A stretch of DNA of 10,855 bases, from assembly GCA_038231275.1 (NCBI GenBank), contig JBBRLQ010000067.1:1-10855 (forward strand), written 5' to 3'. Positions 1 through 6,099 of the stretch are shown in pieces. The notes under the pieces are model-generated. The model ran no database searches. It saw only the letters and a list, made by a program, of their open reading frames with translations, and was not told the DNA's origin. Each line of letters opens with the position of its first letter. Within the stretch, counting starts at the first letter, position 1. Made by a program: the position numbers and the translations under genes. The DNA is from Polyangiales bacterium (GTDB lineage Bacteria > Myxococcota_A > Polyangia > Polyangiales > Polyangiaceae).

Positions 1-177
1 CCCGGCGGCGCCCGCCCGGATCGCGGGCGCCATGAACGCGGCGTTCAGCGCCCCCGAGCTCGTCGCGACGACGCGCGTGACGTCGAGGCACGGGAGCTCG
101 TTGAAGAGGACGGCGCACGCGCCCGCGCCAAAGGCGCCCTTTGCGACGCCGCCCGCCAAAACCAATGCATCGGACAT
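1..177 (-). CDS. Patatin-like phospholipase, N-terminal part (runs off the window edge)
   Basis: Manual translation from ATG 177: MSDALVLAGGVAKGAFGAGACAVLFNELPCLDVTRVVATSSGALNAAFMAPAIRAGAAG. It has the patatin Gly-rich loop (LVLAGGVAKGAF) and a nucleophile elbow (ATSSG, a GxSxG variant). AGGAG RBS at 184-188. Not in the ORF track. Confidence 0.88.
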   Translation of the reverse strand, partial: MSDALVLAGGVAKGAFGAGACAVLFNELPCLDVTRVVATSSGALNAAFMAPAIRAGAAG

Positions 178-192
178 GGACCACTCCTGTGA

Positions 193-212
193 CCGCGCGC
201 GCTCGCGCGCGG
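193..212. repeat. GC-only inverted repeat (hairpin) between the last operon gene and patatin
   Basis: CCGCGCGCG-CT-CGCGCGCGG, perfect 9-bp arms. No U-tract, so not called a terminator. Confidence 0.45.
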
Positions 213-290
213 GGCCTTCTCACGTGTCGTTGGTGTTGCGGCCGGCGACCGGCGGCGCCGAGGGGCGTGCTCTCCCTCCGCGCGTGCGCC

Positions 291-794
291 TCAGCGCGAG
301 GAGGACGAATAGACGCGGGCAAAGAAGTAGCTGTCGACCATCGGATCGCTCGTCGCGGCGTTCGTGCCGGCCGAGACCTTCACCACGTACTCGTCGCATC
401 CCGTCGCGCCCCTGAGCGTGATCGGCTGATCGACCGCGGTGATGGGCGCACGCGCGAGCTCCACCTCGCTGCCCGGCGTACGCCCCATCAGGCGCACGGT
501 GCCGCCGAGGAGGTTCGGCGCCTTCCGTGGGTCGAACGTCACGTCGATGCGCGGGCCCCAGGGAAGGGCGAGGACTTCGCGCTCCATCTTCTCGCGGATG
601 GCGCGGAACGCTTCGCTTCGGACGCTCGTCCAGAAGCGATCGGAGATCCCTCGCATCGAGGGGTCGACGTTGGGGCCGCGGCTGTTGTTGTCGCAGGGCA
701 TCGGGGTCGGATCGAGTTCCATGGTTCGGCTGACTTTCTCGTGAAGGTTGGTGACGTAGGCAAAGAGGCGAAGCACGACGGCCTGGCCGGTCAT
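291..794 (-). CDS. Hypothetical beta-rich protein, 167 aa (possible penton/minor capsid protein)
   Basis: ATG 794 overlaps the upstream stop (ATGA 791-794): MTGQAVVLRLFAYV... The C-terminal half has strand-like segments (RIDVTF, TVRLMG, ITLRG, EYVVKVS, YFFARVY). The track's N-terminal extension to 1115 overlaps the upstream gene and is likely spurious. Confidence 0.7.
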   Translation of the reverse strand: MTGQAVVLRLFAYVTNLHEKVSRTMELDPTPMPCDNNSRGPNVDPSMRGISDRFWTSVRSEAFRAIREKMEREVLALPWGPRIDVTFDPRKAPNLLGGTVRLMGRTPGSEVELARAPITAVDQPITLRGATGCDEYVVKVSAGTNAATSDPMVDSYFFARVYSSSSR

Positions 795-1435
795 CGTTTC
801 GCGTAGGCGAAGAGGAGCACCGGCGTGATGGTCGCCGGGCCGGCCGCCCCCTCGTAGGTGAAGGTGATCGACCACTTCTGAAGCGCGCTGACGGGGTAGC
901 CCTCGTCCTCGCCGTTCGGTCCCTTGAGGCGGAACCACGCGTGCGTGCCCGGTGCGAACGCGATCATCGGAACCGACGCCGGGGCTTGGCCCGTCGTGAA
1001 GAGGTCTTCGCTCCCGTTGATCGTGATGCGCACCGAGACGCGCGAGAGGCTCGCCGGATCGCCGTCGAGCGTGGTCGCGTAGATGGCGGAGGCGAAGCCC
1101 TCGCCGCCCGGCCACTCGACCTTGAGTTGCAGCGAGCTCTCGCCCGGGACGAGCGCGGGCGCGTTTTCGACGCGCACGATCTTCGACGCGCCGAGCGCGG
1201 CGAGCGGTCGGGCGAGCGGCGAGACGACGCGCTCGAGGCGGTCCAAGACCGCCGCGAGACGGTCGCCGGCCGCGCCGCCAGGTGAGCTCACGTCGCCCAT
1301 CGCCGTGGCTTGCTGCTGCTCAGCGCGCGCGCGCCGAAGGAGGCTCACCACCTTGTCCTGGTTCCGCATCGCGACGACCGGATCGGTCCCGGCCTCCGCG
1401 AGCTGGAGAGCGCGATCGAGGTAGGCGGAGTTCAT
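791..1435 (-). CDS. Hypothetical protein, 214 aa; putative single jelly-roll capsid protein
   Basis: True start inferred at ATG 1435 (MNSAYLDRA), with GAGG overlapping the upstream stop. A helical N-terminal ~80 aa is followed by about 8 strand-like segments (KIVRVE, LQLKVEW, ASAIYATT, VSVRITIN, AWFRL, YPV, KWSITFTY, PVLLFAY). The fold is an inference. Confidence 0.65.
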   Translation of the reverse strand: MNSAYLDRALQLAEAGTDPVVAMRNQDKVVSLLRRARAEQQQATAMGDVSSPGGAAGDRLAAVLDRLERVVSPLARPLAALGASKIVRVENAPALVPGESSLQLKVEWPGGEGFASAIYATTLDGDPASLSRVSVRITINGSEDLFTTGQAPASVPMIAFAPGTHAWFRLKGPNGEDEGYPVSALQKWSITFTYEGAAGPATITPVLLFAYAKR

Positions 1436-1443
1436 CGCCGCCC

Positions 1444-2328
1444 TCACTGCTGCTTCGAGCGCGGGGTGATCTCGCGCGTGTGGAGGTACACCACGATGTC
1501 GACAAAGGTCCCGATCGCACCGTCCTGCGTGGGGGGCGCGTACTCGGTGACACCCGGCGCCGCGGCGCGCGAGGTCACGTCGAAGAAGACGTCGCGCTTG
1601 ATCTCGAAGCGCACCTGAAACTTCGAGTCGACCATGCTCGAGGGGTTCCAGCGGATCTTGTCGCTCAACTTGTAGAAGTTGTTCGCGTGCGGCATGCCGT
1701 TCGTCATCGAGCCGACGTGCGCGACGGACTCGCCCACGCCGGGCACGACCGCCCGCGACTCGCCCGAGCCGTAGAGACCGCCCGGGGAGCTGATGCGCCC
1801 GAGGCGCCCGAGGAGCGCGTAGCGCGTGCTCCCGTCGAGCGTGATGTCGGCGAAGCACTCCGACCAGATCAACTTCGCGAGGAAGGCATCGCTCGTTTCG
1901 GAGAGGTGGAGCGAGATGCCGTGGATGTCGACGACCGAGCCGCCGGTGTCGTGCCGGCTGACGAGGTTCGTGTCGGCGTCGTTCGAGCGGTAGCCGGCCG
2001 GGAAGCCGGCGGCCGTCATGTCCTCGCCGCCCGTGCCGTACGAGAAGGCCACGAGCGACTTCTTCGCCAGCGTGTAGCGGAAGGTGGCGGGCGCGTTGGG
2101 GCCCGAGCTGACCTGCGTGACCGTGAAGGGGAAGCGAACCGCCGAGTAGTAGTTCTTCTGCTTCTTCATCACCTGCGAGCCGAGCGACTGGCGCGCGATG
2201 AATTTGCGGATGTGCGGGGGCACGAGGCGCGCCTGCTCGAGCATCTGCTGCCTCTGAAGGGCGTTCATCGCCGGCGACTGCCGCACTGCGCTTGCGACCT
2301 GACCCGCTCCGTTGTTCGTTCCAGCCAT
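1444..2328 (-). CDS. Putative major capsid protein (jelly-roll type), 294 aa
   Basis: Clean ORF with an A-rich leader. An N-terminal arm precedes a beta-rich body (YYSAVRFPFTV, LVAFSYG, DADTNL, VDIHGISLHL, FADITLD, KFQVRFEI, VDIVVYLHTREI). Size and context fit a non-HK97 capsid protein. The CDS is secure; the product is inferred. Confidence 0.65.
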   Translation of the reverse strand: MAGTNNGAGQVASAVRQSPAMNALQRQQMLEQARLVPPHIRKFIARQSLGSQVMKKQKNYYSAVRFPFTVTQVSSGPNAPATFRYTLAKKSLVAFSYGTGGEDMTAAGFPAGYRSNDADTNLVSRHDTGGSVVDIHGISLHLSETSDAFLAKLIWSECFADITLDGSTRYALLGRLGRISSPGGLYGSGESRAVVPGVGESVAHVGSMTNGMPHANNFYKLSDKIRWNPSSMVDSKFQVRFEIKRDVFFDVTSRAAAPGVTEYAPPTQDGAIGTFVDIVVYLHTREITPRSKQQ

Positions 2329-2388
2329 GACCGTCTCTCTTTCTTCTATATTTGATGTGTCGTTGTTTTGGTGTTTGTCGGGCGCGCG
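2329..2388 (-). promoter_or_regulatory. A-rich unstructured leader upstream of the putative major capsid gene
   Basis: The minus strand reads ...ACAAACACCAAAACAACGACACATCAAATATAGAAGAAAGAGAGACGGTC-ATG, a conspicuous AT-rich island in very GC-rich DNA. Confidence 0.55.
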
Positions 2389-2631
2389 TCAGTCGTCGTC
2401 GCCGAACGCCCCGAAGGGATCGTCGAAGCCGTCCATCTCGTCGCCGAAGTCGTCCGCGTCGCCGAGCGTGTCGGCGACCACGACGCCATTGATCGGCTCG
2501 AACCCGTTGATCGGCTCGAAGCCGTCCATCTCGGTGTCGCCGAGCGTGTCGGCCATGACCACGCCCTCCATCTCCGCGTCGCCGAGGGTGTCGGCCATCA
2601 CGACGCCCTCGATGTCGTCCATGCCGCGCAT
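2389..2631 (-). repeat. Coding tandem repeats: GVV(M/V)ADTLGD x3 and FEPING x2
   Basis: Translation MRGMDDIEGVVMADTLGDAEMEGVVMADTLGDTEMDGFEPINGFEPINGVVVADTLGDADDFGDEMDGFDDPFGAFGDDD. The units are 42 nt and 18 nt, with several synonymous differences between copies. Confidence 0.9.
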
Positions 2632-3381
2632 GGCCCGAGCTCCGACCGCCATCATGCGGTTGGGCGCCGCGATGCCGCTGCCCATCCGCGCCGTCGCGGT
2701 CTGACGCTGAAGCGCGTTCGCGGCCTGGCCGCGCGTCGCGCCCGGCGCGAGCGCCCACTGGCCCGCGGCCACCGCGTAGTTGTGCGCGATGAGGGTGCCC
2801 GCCGTCTGGTCGAACATTCCCACCAGCCCGCCGATCACGCTGCCGGCGAGGTTGGCGGCGATGTTCGCTACCTTGCTGTCGGGGCTCAGGTGCGCGATGG
2901 CCGCGCCTCCCGCGAGGCCGGCGACCGCCGCCACGGTGCCGAAGGCCATCGCCTTCATGCCGCGGTGGAGATCCATCGTCTTGTGCTCCTCGGGCGGAGG
3001 GTTCTGCTTGTGCGGGTGATGGCCGGTGTGGGGGTGGTGGCGGCGCTTCTTGCGCGGCTTCTTGGCCGGGTTCGAGGCGTGGCCCAGGTCCGAGGCACGG
3101 ACGAGCACCATGCCCGCGGGCACCGGCCCGCGGCGCTTCGTGCGCTTCTTCCGCGGCTTGGTCGTCCTCGCGGCCCCCGCGTGGTGGGTCGTGGTCGCGC
3201 GTCGCTTCGAGGTCTTCTTCTTCGCCATGACGGGTTCCTGTGCCTTCTTCTTGGGTGCAGCCTTTGGGGCCTTCGCCTTCCGGGTCTTTCCGTGTTTCGG
3301 GCCCACGTGCGCGGGCGCTGGATTCGCCACAGTCGCCTTAACGGCCCCGCGTCTAATCAATGATGCCGCGCTCGTTGACAT
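2389..3381 (-). CDS. Tripartite core/scaffold-like protein, 330 aa: K/R/H-rich N-terminus, hydrophobic middle, acidic repeat tail
   Basis: Basic tracts (KTRKAKAPKAAPKKK, KPRKKRTKRR, KKPRKKRRHHPH), Gly/Ala hydrophobic helices (AMAFGTVAAVAGLAGGAAIA, IAANLAGSVIGGLVGMF) and a D/E-rich repeat tail. Alternative start at ATG 3228 (MAKKKTSKRR). Confidence 0.8.
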   Translation of the reverse strand: MSTSAASLIRRGAVKATVANPAPAHVGPKHGKTRKAKAPKAAPKKKAQEPVMAKKKTSKRRATTTHHAGAARTTKPRKKRTKRRGPVPAGMVLVRASDLGHASNPAKKPRKKRRHHPHTGHHPHKQNPPPEEHKTMDLHRGMKAMAFGTVAAVAGLAGGAAIAHLSPDSKVANIAANLAGSVIGGLVGMFDQTAGTLIAHNYAVAAGQWALAPGATRGQAANALQRQTATARMGSGIAAPNRMMAVGARAMRGMDDIEGVVMADTLGDAEMEGVVMADTLGDTEMDGFEPINGFEPINGVVVADTLGDADDFGDEMDGFDDPFGAFGDDD

Positions 3382-3658
3382 GATAAATTCCGCCTGTGAT
3401 CACGAGGAGGCTCGTGTTTTTCTCGAAGGTGAGGAGCGGCAGGCCCCTCGTGCTGAACGTGTGGTGGTAGTCCGTGGGCATGTGGTCCTTTCCCTTCCGC
3501 GTCCGGTAGACGACCTCGACGAGCTGCCCGAGCTCGACGAGCGGAAGGAGCGGGTTCGCCGCCACCGTGTGCAGAACACGGCCGTTTCCTTCGCGGCCCC
3601 AATGCACGCGCCGAAACTCCTTCTTCGCCTCTGAATCAGTCATCCTTCGCGGTGCCAT
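3353..3658 (-). CDS. Hypothetical small beta protein, 101 aa
   Basis: ATG 3658 with a strong AAGGAGG RBS: MAPRRMTDSEAKKEFRRVHWG...LVELGQLVEVVYRTRK...DYHHTF...LLVITGGIYHVNERGIID. Globular composition. Overlaps both neighbours. Confidence 0.82.
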   Translation of the reverse strand: MAPRRMTDSEAKKEFRRVHWGREGNGRVLHTVAANPLLPLVELGQLVEVVYRTRKGKDHMPTDYHHTFSTRGLPLLTFEKNTSLLVITGGIYHVNERGIID

Positions 3659-4373
3659 CGCTCGGCCCTCCTTTCGGGTGCTTCTTTCGCCAGTACGCCC
3701 ACGCCGCTGCGCCGCCGCCCGCCAGGACGACGCCGCCCACCGCCCACGGAATCCACGTTTGTTGCGTCTCCGACTCGGCGATTGATTTGAAGACGCCCCA
3801 AACCTCCGGGTCGATCTGTCCGTTCCGCGCGAGCTGCTCGCGCGCGAGGTTCGCCACCTCGGAGGCGATCGCCGTCGTCCGAACGTTCCGGCCCTCGACC
3901 TGGATGGTCTCGCGCCGCGTGAAGTACCAGGCGGTCCCCACCACCGCGGCGATCGCGATGACGGTGAGCGCGACGATGAGTCCCCCGGTCGGATCGCCGA
4001 GGGCGAGCGCGGCACTCCGCTGCGCGCCGAGGCCGTTCAGTCGCGGGAGGGCGCCGTCCCACGGCTTCGCTTGCGCGTGGGTCGAGCGCACGAGCGCGTG
4101 CGTCGCGAGGTAGATCGTGCGGACGTCCTCGGGGGCGTGCGCGATGCTCTCGCGCGCGGCGCCCACGGTGACGAGGCCACGTTCCCCGGTGGGAAGCGTG
4201 ATCCAGGGAACCACACCCGCCTCGGCGGCGAGAAACTCCGCATCCAGGAGCGCCGCCATGGCGCCCTGCGTCCAGTCCTCGCCGTCGATGGCGAGCGCGC
4301 CGTCCCCGGCGCGCGCCATGCGGGCGAGCGCGGCCCGCCCCTTCGCGTTGTCGTATTCAAACGTGGCCGCCAT
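3636..4373 (-). CDS. Hypothetical membrane protein, 245 aa, two predicted TM helices
   Basis: AAGGAG RBS. Hydrophobic segments GLIVALTVIAIAAVVGTAWYF-TRR and WIPWAVGGVVLAGGGAAAWAYW-RKK. Confidence 0.85.
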   Translation of the reverse strand: MAATFEYDNAKGRAALARMARAGDGALAIDGEDWTQGAMAALLDAEFLAAEAGVVPWITLPTGERGLVTVGAARESIAHAPEDVRTIYLATHALVRSTHAQAKPWDGALPRLNGLGAQRSAALALGDPTGGLIVALTVIAIAAVVGTAWYFTRRETIQVEGRNVRTTAIASEVANLAREQLARNGQIDPEVWGVFKSIAESETQQTWIPWAVGGVVLAGGGAAAWAYWRKKHPKGGPSDGTAKDD

Positions 4374-4403
4374 GGCGACCGATCTCCTTTCGTGCGGCGA
4401 CTC

Positions 4404-4781
4404 TCATCGCCGGCTCCGCGCGCGCTCTTGCTCGAGCTCCTGTGCGCTGTGGACGGCCCAGACGACCGCGCCGACCGCGACGACGCCGAGCGCGCCCGCC
4501 ACCCACGGGAGCGCGGAGGAGGCTTGGCTCATCGCCGCGCCCGGCGTGAAGCTCATCGGGAAGTAGTCGCCGTCGTCGCTCGAGGGCGGCGAGCTCGCGC
4601 CGCTACTCGACGTACGGACGCCGCCGCCCGGGGCGCGCGGGCGGTCCGCGACGATGGGCGTCCCCCGCTGCGGCAGGGAAGGCGGCTTTGTCTTGAGGAT
4701 GTAGGGCTTGGTGATCGGGGTGTCGTGCTCGATGAAGCGCGTTTGCTCGCCGAGGTCCCCGATGGTGGTCACGCGCTTCAT
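4404..4781 (-). CDS. Hypothetical tail-anchored membrane protein, 125 aa
   Basis: ATG 4781 in an ATGA overlap: MKRVTTIGDLGEQ... Pro/Ser-rich linker, then TM ALPWVAGALGVVAVGAVVWAV. Confidence 0.75.
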   Translation of the reverse strand: MKRVTTIGDLGEQTRFIEHDTPITKPYILKTKPPSLPQRGTPIVADRPRAPGGGVRTSSSGASSPPSSDDGDYFPMSFTPGAAMSQASSALPWVAGALGVVAVGAVVWAVHSAQELEQERARSRR

Positions 4782-5083
4782 CGGTGGCCTTCTTTCTTCG
4801 CGGCGTTCCGCCGGTAGACGTAGACGCCGCCCGCGACCGCACCGACCAGGAGCCCGCCCGCGATGAAGGTGCCGACGCCGCGCGCGGTGTCGTTCATCGC
4901 GTTCTTCACGCCCGCCTCCACGCGCTTCTGCGCGATGCCCGCGGCGCGCTGCGCCTTCTCGTCGACGTACTGGTTGATCTTCGTGTCGACCTTCGAAGGG
5001 ATCTTCCGGATCCCGAACGGGTCGATGAAGTCGGCGAGGTCGCCGAGGGGTTCGTAGCCAATGCCGTAGAGCGGTGCGTTCAT
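4778..5083 (-). CDS. Hypothetical tail-anchored membrane protein, 101 aa
   Basis: ATG 5083 in an ATGA overlap with a GGAGG RBS: MNAPLYGIGYEPLGDLADFIDPFG... TM VGTFIAGGLLVGAVAGGVYVY followed by RR. Confidence 0.8.
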   Translation of the reverse strand: MNAPLYGIGYEPLGDLADFIDPFGIRKIPSKVDTKINQYVDEKAQRAAGIAQKRVEAGVKNAMNDTARGVGTFIAGGLLVGAVAGGVYVYRRNAAKKEGHR

Positions 5084-6099
5084 CGTCGTCCTCCATGCGC
5101 GCCGTCGGGCTCGTGCTCTTGCTGTTGCTTCCACCACCAGAACGCACCCCCTCCGGCCGCTGCTGCGGCGGCGACGCTAAGGAGAACGGCCGCCGTGTGG
5201 CCGCCCTGGGCGGGCGCAGGCGTGCCCGCAGGGGGCCGCTGGACCATCAGGGCCATCCGCGGATGCGGAGCCGCGTACTGCGGCGCGGACGCGCGGCGCA
5301 CGCCCGGTGCGGGGGGCCGAGCTCCGCCGGGCCTCCCTTGCGGCGCCATCCGCGCGACCGCTGCGGCGGTCGCGCCTTCGAGGGGCTTGCCCGCGAGCGC
5401 GCGCTTGGTCATCTCGAACGCCCCCTGAGCGAGGGGGTTGTTGGGCACGAAGTGGCTCGCTGCGGCGAGCCCCACGTCTTGCAGCTTCTTCCCCTGCGCG
5501 AGTGCGAGCCCCGTGTCGAAGGCGATCTTGCCGGCCTCGCCGCCGGGCAGGCGGCTCCGCACGGCGTTGAGGGCGATCTCGTCCCAGCGCTTGCCGGACG
5601 CGACGTCCACCGCCGCCTTCATTCCAAGGTCGACCGCTTGGGCCACGAGCGGTCCGCCGGGGATCGCCCCCTTCACGCCTGCGATGAGCGCCTCGGTGAT
5701 GGGCTTGCCGTTCGCGAGGGCGAGGCCGGCACCGATGGCGGCGCTGATCCCCTGCCCTACGCCTGGAATGAACGAGAGGCCGATCTGTGCAAACGGCGCC
5801 GCGGTCTTGAAGATGTCGACCTGGTTCTTGCCCGCGTCGAGGAGCGCCCGATCGATGCGCTGCCCGTGGGCGATGTTGTCGGCCGCGTCCCACGCCATTT
5901 TCGCCGGACCGACCGCGGCGCCCATGGCCTTTCGGAACCAATGCGGCGTCGCGCTCACGTAGGCCTTGTCGAGCGACTCGACGGCCTTGCCCACGAAGTC
6001 GAAGAAGCCGTCGACGTCCCCGAGTCCTTCGAGCTCGTCGAAGCCGTCGAGGCTGTCCGCCTGCGGTCCGAGGACCGCGACGACGTACGCGTTTTTCAT
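5080..6099 (-). CDS. Gly/Ala-rich repeat membrane protein, 339 aa (possible DNA-delivery or membrane-penetration protein)
   Basis: ATG 6099 in an ATGA overlap. Acidic leader, amphipathic helix GFFDFVGKAVESL, ~35-aa helical repeats, Pro-rich linker, and C-terminal TM AAVLLSVAAAAAAGGGAFWWW-K. Confidence 0.8.
   Translation of the reverse strand: MKNAYVVAVLGPQADSLDGFDELEGLGDVDGFFDFVGKAVESLDKAYVSATPHWFRKAMGAAVGPAKMAWDAADNIAHGQRIDRALLDAGKNQVDIFKTAAPFAQIGLSFIPGVGQGISAAIGAGLALANGKPITEALIAGVKGAIPGGPLVAQAVDLGMKAAVDVASGKRWDEIALNAVRSRLPGGEAGKIAFDTGLALAQGKKLQDVGLAAASHFVPNNPLAQGAFEMTKRALAGKPLEGATAAAVARMAPQGRPGGARPPAPGVRRASAPQYAAPHPRMALMVQRPPAGTPAPAQGGHTAAVLLSVAAAAAAGGGAFWWWKQQQEHEPDGAHGGRR

Noticed and set aside
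193..212. Rho-independent terminator
   Set aside because: The hairpin lacks a U-tract on either strand, and CG-alternating palindromes arise easily at this GC content.
791..2758. 655-aa minus-strand ORF as a single protein
   Set aside because: The first 441 codons are off-frame overlap with the 330-aa and 294-aa genes. Only the part from ATG 1435 looks like real protein.
5525..5550. PGGEAGKI as a Walker A motif (packaging ATPase)
   Set aside because: It does not fit GxxxxGK[ST], has no preceding beta-strand or Walker B, and is part of the helical repeat.
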